Source: Bugula neritina (lineage: Eukaryota > Animalia > Bryozoa). From it: a stretch of DNA of 64,000 bases. The stretch lies in contig OZ037768.1 of the NCBI GenBank assembly GCA_964035545.1, positions 17,651,500-17,715,499 on the forward strand. The letters run 5' to 3'. Under the pieces are notes generated by a model. It did no database searches, was not told the DNA's origin, and saw only the letters and a list, made by a program, of their open reading frames with translations. A program made the position numbers and the translations under genes. The stretch's first letter is position 1. Every line of letters starts with the position of its first letter. Positions 13,765-26,458 of the stretch are shown in pieces.

Positions 13765-16198
13765 ATGTTCGAAGTCAAACCTAGGAGGAAACGCTATTCG
13801 TATTCTGATCCTGATAGAGATATGGACTCCTGTTCACCTTATGCAAGGAAGAGAAAGTACATAGAAGCCAGGTATGTGTAGAGTGTTGAGATATTCTTAT
13901 GTTAGGACTTCATACTCTGGTGTGTTCTTTGATCACTAAAACATTTCCATATCTAATAACGTTACATGCTATTTTACAACACATTTCTATATATGCTCTA
14001 TTCTGCATTACATGCTATTCTAATGCACATTTCCATATCTATTCATGTTACATGTTATTCTATAAATTATAGCCCCGAGTATAGAAGTTCCCGTCATGAA
14101 CGAAGTTGTTCAAGGAGCAATTCTTATTCTTCACGGAGGAAAAAGCAGAGGAAAGACAGACACTATTATCGTCAAAAATATGACTCCAAGTATTCGAGTT
14201 CTTCCAGGAGGAGAGGGGACAAGGGTGGCAGTGACTACAGAAGAAAGAGATATAGCACGGTAAGTAGCTGCAGTAAAATAGCTGCTCTTTGAAATCGTGA
14301 GTCATTAAAATAATTCTGTGGGTTTCATCATTCCTTCTGAAGTCTGGCCTTGTAGTTTTACTATCACAGTTTCTAGATTTACTTCTATCTATAGTGTGTC
14401 TGTAATTCGATATCACTTGTTATTTTCTCTTCGAAGTTGTCTATTCACTTGTTTGACCTCGGTTTGATGAAATGCGATAGGCCTCGAGTGAAAGTTGGTT
14501 TCATTTCTGCATCAGTGAAGTGTTCCTCTAATTGAAAGGTCAAAGGTGATGCACTTTAGATAGACTTATCTATGCTGCTTGCTCCACTATTGGATAAATT
14601 ATACAGTTGGTCAATTAACACATCAGTGCTTCTTGTTATTCATTCTGCTGTTTTGGATTACACATTGTAAGTGGCTGATAATCGCATAGGGCTAGCTGAG
14701 TTCACTTGTCAGCCTAGCTGAACAAGTGATTGAACATGGTTGGTAAGGGGAATATGTTTCTCAACTGATTTTGACTTCTAACTGCTGTCAGTTTGTTATC
14801 CTGCGTGGCTAACTGCGTAGAATGAGGGTAGGAAGCATGCATAACAGCAGCACTATAGTTCAAATGGTTCCCTCTAGCCGAGCTTTGTTCTCTACTCAGA
14901 CTTACCACTCTAGTAACCCACGTTCTTACTCTGGACATAGTCTGTCCATGTCATACTCATCTCGGCGTAATACTAGGCAGTTTTCGGTAAGATCTGTTTC
15001 TTTGTGATTTAGTAATAATGATGCTGTTTCCAGTTGTTCAGACTATATAATGTTTCTATTAATATTTTACAGTAACATTTATCTGTGTGTTTTAGTCATG
15101 TTTTTATAATGTATTTACGTTCCTTGCTGAAGTATGAACTTGTGCGAGTATATTGTTGTGTTCATATTGATATCTTTGGCCTTTTTTTTACCAATTTTCA
15201 TATGACCTGCTCTGAAACGAAATGTGTAAATGCTGAATGAAATCCTTGCCTGAACGAAACTTTTGACGGGCTGAAACTTTGCCACTGCTGTGCCACCCGC
15301 CCGCTGCACTGTCTATGGCGGAAAATGAACCCTATGATGTCATGGTTATTGGTTGGATTGAATTGATGAATTTACTGATTGCGGTGCCGCCCTGCGATAC
15401 AGAGTAGAGATAGTGACGGAGGGAAGATTCAACTGGCAACTCCCATTAAAGATGATGAGGAAGGACATCTAATTTACAAAGTGGGCGACGTCATCAACGC
15501 CAGATGTATTAACTTAGTAATCTTATCAATAACCTTGGAATTGTTGGTCCCAACCAAATTCGCCCCCAAAATTTCAGTATTGGCACAGCTGAGTCTATTT
15601 TTCTAGCATGTTTGCATATATAAGAATTCTTTGACAATGTTTATCCTAAGAAAATTGGAATTATGCTTTACAAGTTTACTGAGCACTGAAATCTAATTTA
15701 GTTGCGTTTGATGAAGAGAGGAGAAATTATCTTCCCATTCAACTCATCGTCGAAATATGATTCCTTGTCTCATTTACCCGTTATTTGTTTTTCTAGATGA
15801 GATAATATCCACACTGGGTGAGGGTACATTCGGGAAAGTTGTTCAAGTTCGAGATGGTCACAGGTGAGGAACAGTTTACTAATTAGTAGCCATTGCAGGG
15901 GTAATTTGTTGTTACTGTATCTTAAGAGTACATTTTCATCAATCAATCCTTAGAGTCACTCTTTACTAGATCTTGGCCCAAGTCATCAAGTCGTTCTAGA
16001 ACTCGGCACACAAAGCAGCGGTAAGCCCATGTTTTGTGTATGATCTTCACCGCCAGCTAATACCTGTAACACTCATGCCATGCGTTTCCAGCAACTGCTC
16101 ATCAGTCTTTGTTTATATTGAACCTGTGGAACCTGTTTCTACCAGCCAAACCTCTTGTTAACATCCAGCTTCTACTGTAACTCCTGTTGCTATTGCTA

Positions 16199-16266
<68 letters not shown>

Positions 16267-16276
16267 GCTACTACTG

Positions 16277-16309
<33 letters not shown>

Positions 16310-19300
16310 ACTGGCAGTGCCATTATTATCATCACAAGATTGAATTAACATCTTTTGAAAAATCCTTACCAAGTTGGTGAAAACGGGAACCACAACTCCA
16401 AAGTACATCTCCCTCTAAAGTTTCCAACAGGTTATAGACAGAAAGTTGTAGTAGCCAGCATTACACTCACTAATCTCTACTCCTGTAACTGATAAACTTA
16501 GTAGCTTTTAAGTTGCTGCCAACAATAATTGTTTCGGTTGGCATTGCTGAAAAGTCCTCACAATTTCTGCTTCATTGTTTACTGCTGTTAGTTGAACACA
16601 GAAATAAATTTCTCTACATCAAATCTTCAAATATCTTGGCTGTTATTTTATACATTGACTGTCATTTTGATAGGCCAGTGGGACTTTGTTTTTAGAAGGT
16701 GGTGTAAGATGTCAAACATCTGTGTGCAATGAGTTTTTTAGTAGATAATGCAGTGCATAGTCATAAATAGTTTCACTGTTTAGAAATTAATGAGTGCCCA
16801 ATTTGAATAATGCCACATTCACCAGTTTCCCATGGTCCAGTCTTAGTTAGGCTGCAACCAATCCGCTAGCTCAGTCTAAAATTAGATCCTAGGCCAATGG
16901 AACAACTCCAGGCTAAGCTTCAAGATTACAAAAGTGGTTGAAGCAAAAAAATTCTAATTCAGTATAAAAATTTAGTCTAGTCCTAAAAATGCCTAAAGAG
17001 ACTTTGTTACAAAAGAGAAGGCAATTACCTAAAGTCAGGTCATAAAACATCCTTGTATTGAATATAGTCCTCAATAGAGCTAGCTGTAGTCAAACTGGGA
17101 TTAGTGCATGGGAACTGGTGATACGCATATAACCAGTGACTGCTACCTAGTAGGTGGGGTGTGTAGTACGTACCCATCACCTACTCATATACTGCAAGTT
17201 TCATTGCATGCTCTTTACCTATGATACAATTAATCTCTTATTCCAACATCAACACAGAGGATGAACTTATGTATGTACCCAGTCCGATGTTACTAATTAG
17301 AAGCTTCTAATTGCAGTGGGTATGAATGGTCAAATCAATGTAGGTAGGCACTGTGCTGTATGCATAAATGCTTGAACATAGAGGGCATTCAACATAGAGG
17401 GCATTCAACATGGAGGGCATTTAACATGGAGGGCATAGACCAGGCTGAATAATCTACTGGGCTGAGTGTTGAGTGATTACTGACTGATGTTGTATTAGTA
17501 ACTTTGATAGGAACAATGAGATGCACAACAACCTGCTCTGACATGTCATTATTCTCTCCTAGTCTACACTTGACATTGTGTAATGCGTGACTCATGACAG
17601 CTGACTGCCAAATATTCTCCAATATAAATATTCCGACAGGTTAAACTAATATACTTACTTACTCTACTTGCACAGGGAGAATGTTTATGTGGCACTGAAA
17701 ATCATCAAGAATGTGGATAAATACAGGGAAGCTGCAATGCTTGAAATTAATGTGTTGGAGAAGCTGGGTCGGAAAGATCCGGAGGGGAAGTAGTAAGTTT
17801 GTCTCGCTAGCCTGAGGGTTATTGGGCTGTACTACTATAAGCGGTGGATATGCTGCTAATGTCAGTGACCTGCCTTTCTAACTAATCCTTGTAATCATTG
17901 TGTTGCAATGATCTTTAGGACCTGCCAGCGCAGAAAAAAACCCTCTTCACTATTTCACAACTACTTCATTTGATCAAAATAAAGGCAGGCATAGTCACCT
18001 TATGAAAAGATGTACATTTTCATGAGTAAAAGTGAAATGTGCGGCTGGTGCAGTCGCTAATGTCCTAAATGCTAGTTGGCTACATGTTCAGAGAAAGTCT
18101 TAACAGCTGGGCTATTTCAATTGCATCAGATACATCCTTCTTACAATACCTCAATTATGATATAAATATATTATGCAATAGGTTATAGTAATTAATTAGT
18201 AGCAATTTTATGTGTAATTGCTAGCTCTGTTATTATTTGCAGCCTCTGTGTGAAGATGTTGGATTGGTTCAATTATTATGGACACATGTGCCTTACATTT
18301 GAAATGCTAGGACTCAGTGTTTTTGATTTCATGGTATGTTATCTATAATCTACTTATATTTTACTTGGAAGGTGTATAAATAGTACCCCCTAGTGGTCAC
18401 CTACTCTGGCAATGTGCCCTGTAGTGTTTAATATATCTTAATATTGTATGATGAAACAGGCTGAAATAACCTGGAGACATGCTAGTGTATATTCTTGAGT
18501 ATGGTAGAGTATTTCAAGGTAAATCTTGCAGAGATCTATGCAGTAAGTGGATCTCCGGTGTACTAATTGCTGTCTGGGGTTGTGGAATGTTGCATACTTC
18601 AAATTCATTTTGTAGAAAGATAATCATTACCTGCCATATCCACTTCACCAAGTTAGACACATTGGCAAGCAATTAACATATTCAGTCAAATGTGAGTATC
18701 CAGTCTCCATCTCTGTCACCTGTCTGTGCACCAGATTCACATTGTCTCCGCCATTGTTGGTGCTGCTTAACTACCTCATACTACCTCATACTGTGACTAA
18801 ACAGTAATCTTTGCTGCGACTAAGCATTTTTTATTCTACGTTGTAAATTAATTGACTATTGGTTGGTTTCTTCCTGCGCAAACATGGCTGTAGTTGTTGC
18901 AAGCAGCTGCGCCATGAATCAAATCCTTCTAATCTCATTGGTTTCAAGAATATCCATAAAAGATTATTACTTCCTACGCGTAATAATAGCCACTACTGTT
19001 AATACTAGTAAGTAGACAGTGCAATACAATATATTTATGTATATTTTATAAATTACACCAGCACATGTATCTTAATAGCAAAAACGAATTTCTATTGAAA
19101 ATAAGCCTAGGGCCACACGGTGCGTATTTTTATATTACTTCAAGTCAAATGCCTTCTACTGAATCAAATTACATCATGCAGATCCTGCAGAGTCTTACCG
19201 TAGTAAGTGATTGAATAACTTATAACTACTCTACATTTGTATTTGTTTTGGTACTTTTAGCCTAGGGCCACACTGTGCGTATTTTCGCATGCAAAAATTG

Positions 19301-22300
19301 AAATCACAAGTAGCAAAGGTGTCCACTGTACGCAAGTGCGAATGGTCTCTGTCGTAGTCACCTAATTGGCTGGTAGTTATTTAGCGAGCCCAATTTCTTT
19401 ATTTTAGTGCTACATTCCAGTAAATTGCGTTTTATTGAAAGCAGTGCGATTTAAAAATGAAAGCTTTATTTATCACGCATCACTGACGCTGCAGTGGACA
19501 CCTTTGCTACTTGTGGTTTCAATTTTCGCATGCGAAAATACGCACAGTGTGGCCCTAGGCTAAAAGTACCAAAACAAATACAAATGTAGAGTAGTTATAA
19601 GTTATTCAATCACTTACTACAGTAAGACTCTGCAGGATCTGCATGATGTAATTTGATTCAGTAGAAGGCATTTCACTTGAAGTAATATAAATATACTATT
19701 ACATTTCTACTCTAGTCTGGTATGCTCAACTGACTGACAGTGCAGCATCTCTTTGGGGTTGGAGAAATATTTTTAAATCAAAGTTACAGCTGAAACTCCA
19801 ATATTTTATAAAAAGTTGTAAAATATATATTATTACTACTTCAAGCAGCCTGTTTTTCTACTAGATGTAGTTGCAAAGCTCTGACTTATCATTTTTTTGC
19901 TAAAATAATTTAAAGCTGTCTGAATTTGTTAATTAAGGTGAACAAAACTATTAAAAAGTAGTTCTCACACAATGTTTAATAATTGGAAATAACTTTATTT
20001 TTGGTCAATAAATAAATTAGTTTTCAAAAATATCCGCTGGAAGTAGTTGCATTTTATACAATTTTTAAATCAGTATATAAATTACAGCATGCTTTATTGC
20101 TTCCTTTACATGTGTGTTTTATTACCTCTTTGTTATTGTTTACAGGTGCTAATGTTTACCTGAAATGAATGGCTCTGTTGTTTATTTGTATTACATCATT
20201 TGCACTAAAAAATTATTCATATGAAAGCTTTTTCTGTTGAGGCCATATTTTTCAGCGCCCCTTTTTAAAAGAACTGATGATTATATCATTATTTTTCAAT
20301 TTACATAATCAAAACTGAGGTACTGCCCTTTGATTTGATCATATGAAAATTTACAACAAAAGCTCTAAGCCTAATTTAGCACGTTTCTTAATAAAGACAT
20401 ATTGTGCTTTTGCTGCCAAAAATGTCCGTGAAGACCTTTATGAAGACTTTTATTGTGCTGTTTCTTGTAAAAACTGGTTTTGACAGATATTTGGTTTAAA
20501 AAAACAACCTTGCAGTGTGTTGTTTGTTTCTGCTAATATCTTTTCCAGCTTGTGACTATTGTTGATGTTTTGTAGTTCTCCATGATAACCGCCTCACACA
20601 TACTGATCTTAAGCCTGAGAATATTCTGTTCCTTAACTCAGATTATGATGTTGTCTTTAATGAACGCAAGGTAAGCTGCACCACCTGTTTTATTACACCT
20701 ATTCTTATGTTGCTGATAGTTAAATTGTATTCATGCGTATCAACTTGTTTTCTTGTGATTAAACTCCATGATAAATTGCTATTAGCATTCCTTTATAACG
20801 GAATTATGGCTCTACTTTGTTGAAGCTCTACTTTTGTTGCATTTTATTTCCTTACTGTTCAGAGAAACGCCCTGCAACGAATAATAGCAATACTTTTAAA
20901 TTGCTTGGTTTTGAATTCACTTGTAAATTGATGCTTGAGGGCTGTGGGTAAGATTTGTGAATATATCTACTATGTTGGAAAGGCTTCCATTTTTTATCCT
21001 AATTCTTTATGATTTTCACCTCAAATTTCATGTAATATTTCTTTTTTTATATTTGGTTGAATAAGGTGTTTAGAAGAATATTTGCTTTCTGCATCAAGTT
21101 TGTTTTCTACACCACTATATTATTTTTCTCTCTTACCAGAAAAAAGATCAAAAAATAGTGAAAGACAGTTCCACTAGATTAATTGACTTTGGTTCGGCTA
21201 CTTTCGATGATGAACACCATAGTACTATAGTATCTACGAGACACTACAGGGCACCTGAGGTCATCCTAGGTAATGCTAACTCTGTACCTTTCACCTTCTA
21301 CTTGTAACAAAGCATTCCCTTTGGTACCCAACGCAAACACTGCCAGGTGCTTTCACTGTAGTTTTGTGGAAGAGTTCATTAACACTTTTTAGTAATTAGT
21401 TTGGAATTTTACGAAACTTTGATTTATATTTAGGGCTGTGAAATTAGAGTTTTCCTGTTTTTGAGACAGAGTTTTGGCTAAGGGTGTTGTTAGCTCTGTC
21501 GACCTCTGTCTGTTAGAGCCTTCAGCTTGAAACCTCAGGTTATGCATATTTGATGAACTAGTTTCCACCTGGTTATGCGAGAGCTATTACACACAGCACT
21601 TGGGTGTACTAGTTGCTATATTACAGCTAATTATCAATCAAACAGCTCATTACACACTCTATTCTCATCTATTACCTGAATTCTGCAACTGCTCCTATCA
21701 AAATGGCTAAAATGAGTGTTATTAGCTGTATATTGCTCCACATCTTCATCTGTATATGTGTTAATACAGTATGTGTGTTCATTGATATTTACAGAACTTG
21801 GATGGTCTCACCCTTGCGATGTCTGGAGTATCGGTTGTATTCTATTTGAGTTATATACTGGCTACACTCTCTTCCAGGTAACATAACTTAGTTTCTCTCC
21901 CCCCTCTCTCCTCTCTCTCTCTCCCCCTCTCTCTTTCCCTCTCTCTCTTTCCCTCTCTCTCTTTCCCTCTCTCTCTTTCCCTCTCTCTCCCCCTCTCTCC
22001 CTCCCCTCTCCCCCCTCTCTCTCTTTCTCTTTCCCTCTCTCTCTTTCCCTCTCTCTCCCCCCTCCCTCTCTCTCCCTCTCTCTCCCCCTCTCTCCTATCC
22101 CCCCCCTCCTCTCTCTCTCTCTCCCCCTCTCCCTCTCTCTCGCCCCCCCTCTCTCTCCCCCCCCCTCTCTCCCCCCTCTCCCCTCCCTCTCTCTCCCCCT
22201 CCCTCTCCCTCCCTCTCTCTCCCCCCCTCTTCCTCCCTCTCTCTCTATTCTATTCTCATCTAATTCTGGTGTCTCTTGAATGAATAGTAACTTGCTAGTA

Positions 22301-24464
22301 TAAAACTGCACACAGTGTATGAAAGTTTGTATCTTGTGTGTATGTTGGGCTCAGTTATCAGGAGTGTTTAGGTTCAGTTGGTGCCCCATCATTAGATCAT
22401 GTACCAAATGGGTTGGGTGGCTCTCTGTTTACTGTGTGAGCTTCCTTTCTCCTGTCTATTTCTGTTGTGATTTCCAGTGGAGAGAGATTATGACTGGTGC
22501 AATGCTATTTTTGACGAGCTAATATTTCCTTGGATTTAGATTTAGAGTTAATCTGCTTAGGAAGCAGAAGTTGTGTGCTTAGATAGTTAGTGTGTGCTTA
22601 GTGTATGCCCGTACCACCTTCTCCACTCAACACTCATCAACTCTGTTCACTAACATCCTGCGGATTAAAACCAACTTATATCTGCTCCTCCCTCCTGCTA
22701 TTCATTTCCATACAGCCTAGAAATTATGGTAATGCTCTTGTCTCACCTGGCCACTCCACAATGAAGCTAATGACGCTACTCTCTGTGCCGCCATTAAACA
22801 AATTGATGTCTTTTGACTGACAATTCAGGAACTTCACAGTTTCACCATCTCTACTCAGTAGTTGATAAGTAGTTTCATTGCTGCTAGAATAACTGCCTGT
22901 AACATTGTGTCAACCCTGGTTACCAATTGTTGCAATTCAAAAGGCAAATCCTAATATAATATATAATATTATATAAATGAGCACTAGCTGGCGAAGTGGC
23001 TCGTGGGTTGTTTTGGCTTAGATTTGCCATTGTTATCTGATATTGTATTATGTAATGGTGTTGCAGACACATGATAATTTAGAGCATTTGGCCATGATGG
23101 AGCGAATACTAGGCCCACTGCCACATCGGATGACTAGGAAAACCAGGTATTTTTGTGTACTTTTCTAAATATTGCCGCCTCTTTCTATCGGCCCTGTACA
23201 TGATTTATGGCGGCCATTTATTTTTTAATTACTTTTTTTCTGAAATATTTCCGGATTAGTGTTGGAGGTTACCAACAACTTACAAGTCATGACCGTGTGA
23301 CCAACTGTCTTCTCTTGCCCACAAATCCTATAAGGATGTGGATAATTGGAGATTACTCGGTGAAGAGGCTCTTTGTACCTGCATTCAACTACGTGTGTAA
23401 TGTCTATAAATACATTCTTACTAACTGGAGGGTTTTTTGCCTAGTCTGTTAATTATTCACACATTTCTCAGACATTCAAGCTGCACCTTTCTTCTTTCAA
23501 TTTATTTCTCTGAAGAGTTACTTGTTGAGTTTAGCACTCACTCATCTCCGGACTCGCACTCACTCATCTCCCGACTCGCACTCATCTCCCGACTCGCAGT
23601 TGCTGTTGATTACATGTTGTGTGTTACCATTTCCAGCTGCATACGTAAATACATGTTACTGATTCATCGCACTTCGTAGTAAACATCGGGAATAAGCTCG
23701 CTCTCTGCTAATCATAATAATAGTAAAAACTACTTGACTTACGAAGGCAATAACAACCAGGCAAGGCTTACTAACCTGTAAACAGTGGAGCAGTTTGCAG
23801 TTTATCTCTCCTGCTTACGTTGAAATGGCATAACCATTAGCAGCAGCATATATTACTAATACTCACATTGTATATAAATGTTAAGCTCTCCCTTTAATAT
23901 CCACATTACTATTATTAGTCTTGTTTATAGGGAGTGTGGAGAAGCAGGTCAGCTGCTCTCGTCTATATGCTGACTCACCGACAGCAGCAGCTGCCAATAT
24001 TTTGTCTAGTGTTTCATATCTGTTGCAGAACTGACTTCTTCTATCACGGGCGCCTCGACTGGGATCCCAACACAACAGCTGGTCGTTATGTTAGAGAGAT
24101 GTGCAAACCTTTACAAGTAAGATCCTTTCATCATGGCGCTATTATATAAATTGCATATTTTCTCAGGGCATATTTCATATCAGTTCATACATTGTTTTAG
24201 TGTTGCAAAAGATCTTGTTTTCAATGTTAGCTTTTCTGGCTTTGAATGTGTGTTGTCTTGTGACTGCAGAGATATATGAAACATGAAGATGAAGAAACTA
24301 GACAGCTGTTTGACCTCATAACTCTTATGTTAGAATATGACCCAAGTGAGAGAATTACGTTATCCGGGGCGCTGCAACACCCGTATTTTAGTAGAGCTGA
24401 TGATGTCATGGAGCACCGCCGATCTGACTCATCGCGAGAGCACAGACACAGTAAGAGTCGCTGA
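13765..24464 (+). CDS. CLK2: Dual-specificity LAMMER kinase (CLK1-4/Doa family), ~501 aa; possible 64-aa N-terminal extension from 13432
   Basis: Exons 13765-13871, 14073-14259, 14900-14986, 15403-15505, 15797-15863, 17676-17792, 18243-18333, 18616-18691, 20576-20670, 21140-21269, 21795-21877, 23067-23146, 24029-24116, 24270-24464 (1506 nt, all phases compatible). RS-rich N-terminus, [45 protein letters not shown] and the [11 protein letters not shown] signature. The symbol denotes the family, not a specific paralog. Confidence 0.96.
16186..16311. repeat. (TAC)n trinucleotide microsatellite
   Basis: Long CTA/TAC run in a CLK intron. Confidence 0.95.
19105..19691. mobile_element. PIF/Harbinger-like MITE (19260-19560) with an inverted duplication of flanking DNA
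   Basis: TIRs GCCTAGGGCCACACTGTGCGTATTTTCGCATGC and its reverse complement; extra TIR stub at 19105; TAA at 19102-19104 and 19561-19563; inverted arms ~19129-19330 and ~19490-19691. Confidence 0.85.
21891..22246. repeat. Polypyrimidine (CT/CCCT)-rich tract
   Basis: ~350 nt almost exclusively C/T, starting 14 nt after the CLK donor at 21877. Confidence 0.95.
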
Positions 24465-25282
24465 CTGGAGTTTTCCTCTACCGTGGGCTGTAAATGAAGG
24501 CCATCTTGTCGAGCACGCCATGTGTCTGTGTGGTGCTCTGCATGTTAGTGAGCATATTCACTGCAGGACTGCCACCCATAGTATGATTTGATGCTGGCAT
24601 GTTAGTCCCGCTAGCATAAGTTGCCATGTTTAGTGAATGACAGCTCTTTTTCTAAATTATTTAGATTTCTTTCCTCTTGTACATGAACTTTTTACACCCC
24701 AATTTATTCCTTTATATTATGTCATATCTATCCTACACATGTAAATACAGTTATGCTGATCTCTGAAACTCGTTCTTGTGTTTGCATTGACATTTGCTGT
24801 GAGAGACATTGAGAAGAACAGGTTTTTAGATCTGGCATGTTTTGCACTTTGCTTATACCCATGATCGTTGTCGCTGTGACTAATAGGTTTGCAGTGTTGC
24901 ATCTTGAAGCTGTGTGCAAACTCACTCGTAAGTATATAATCTACATTATTTTGTTTTTTTCCTTAGTTTAGAATTGTCTGCTGTTGTGGTTTATTGTGTT
25001 AATTTGTTGCATTAGGTTTAATATGTGATTTTTTCATTCTAGTCACTACCGCATGGTATATATATATTTATTAAAGTGTTAGTTTTAAACAGACATGGCT
25101 AATTAAATTTTAATCAGCGTTTGTAATTGAATTAATACATTAACAATGTTGCAATTGAAGCAATCATTTTAACTTGAAATGCGGCATCCCCAAGATGTGC
25201 TTTTTATGTACACTAATCTTAATTTTATGTAATACTGAAACCTGTGCTTTGTTGATCACTTTGCAGGTTATGCACCGAATAT

Positions 25283-26458
25283 ATGTTGGTTGGCTTTTTT
25301 GTAGATCGTAGAGCAAAGAGAATCGCAACTGATATCCAAGTAATGTTCCCTCAGTTCGATTTTGATACGATCCTTGCTGTTGTCAAAGCTGAAGTGACAA
25401 ATGAGGCTTCGGTTGCCCGACTGGTGGAACTGGATGACCAGCGTAACCGAGACATTGCAGAGCAGTTTGCCAAGAACTCCAAACGGCAAGAACAAATAAG
25501 GGAGGAAAACAAGCGACATTTATTGGCTAAATCTCATTCTAAATCTAGTTCTTTCAAAAGTAATGCTGAATCGGTCTCTCTCAATCAACCAGAACTAAAC
25601 TCTAATGTTGTGCAGAGTCAAAACCTAAACAACTCAAATTCGGATAGCAAGGACCCGGTGTCAAAAGAATCGGAAGTGAATCCGTGTAGCAAAGATGAAG
25701 GCCGAGTTATTTCTTTGCCCTCTTATTCTGATTTATCTAGCCCTGCTGTGGATCTGCTATTGCGTGGCTATGGGGGAAGAGAGAAGCATGCACCGGAGAA
25801 AAACACAGATTTTTCTCTACCATCTCATGTTGTAGAAGATACGCTAAAGAAAAATATTTCAGATTCGAAAATGTATCCTGAAACATCTGGTGGAGACTTG
25901 GCTGCAAAGAAAGAGGCGCGGCGAAAGGCAAGACAAGAGAGAAGAGAGCGTCAGCAGAAGCAGCGCCTGGAAGCTGCTAAACTGCAACAAGAAGTGGCAG
26001 TTGAGCGACGGCAACGAACTGCCCGAAATAAAAATGGCACCAGTATGACGACCCACTCTAGCAAGGAAAAGCCTTCCGAGTCAACAGCTATACTGCATAC
26101 ATTAGAGACATCTTCGGAATCTGGAAAACCTCAGGAGGAAAAGCGTACAATGCACGGTGCCTCTTCTGGATACGATACTGGTCCAGAAAGAAACCAAGAT
26201 GGTGTTGATAATCGTCCGAGAGAAGCTATGTCTAGCAATACTAAAAAAGGTGATCATGTGTCGAGTGGGCCACTTAAAGCTGAACGCAAGGGTGTGAAAT
26301 ATGCATGTGGAACTAAATACGATTCATCATCCAGCCATGCAGCAACCAAAAATAAGCCTAGTAAATACGAATCTAAAAAAAGCAAGCGCTACAACAGACG
26401 CAAGACTCTAAACTATGACCATTATTCTACTGACCAGCAAGACAGAACCTCTCTGTAG
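25283..26458 (+). CDS. Uncharacterised 391-aa protein: N-terminal CUE-like domain, coiled coils, low-complexity tail
   Basis: Long stop-free ORF in AT-rich DNA, preceded by a good acceptor (tttgcag|, 25266). IATDIQVMFPQFDFDTILAVVKAE has the MFP-x-D-x3-I CUE pattern; KKEARRKARQERRERQQKQRLE is a charged helix. Confidence 0.7.
   Translation: MLVGFFVDRRAKRIATDIQVMFPQFDFDTILAVVKAEVTNEASVARLVELDDQRNRDIAEQFAKNSKRQEQIREENKRHLLAKSHSKSSSFKSNAESVSLNQPELNSNVVQSQNLNNSNSDSKDPVSKESEVNPCSKDEGRVISLPSYSDLSSPAVDLLLRGYGGREKHAPEKNTDFSLPSHVVEDTLKKNISDSKMYPETSGGDLAAKKEARRKARQERRERQQKQRLEAAKLQQEVAVERRQRTARNKNGTSMTTHSSKEKPSESTAILHTLETSSESGKPQEEKRTMHGASSGYDTGPERNQDGVDNRPREAMSSNTKKGDHVSSGPLKAERKGVKYACGTKYDSSSSHAATKNKPSKYESKKSKRYNRRKTLNYDHYSTDQQDRTSL

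Noticed and set aside
15935-16150. Possible second LINE 3' fragment with a (GATT)n tail
   Set aside because: Too degenerate to support from translation alone
16102-16343. Poly-Ser and poly-Tyr ORFs
   Set aside because: Products of the (TAC)n microsatellite
21862-22311. 149-aa ERG-rich ORF
   Set aside because: Antisense reading of the CT-rich intronic tract
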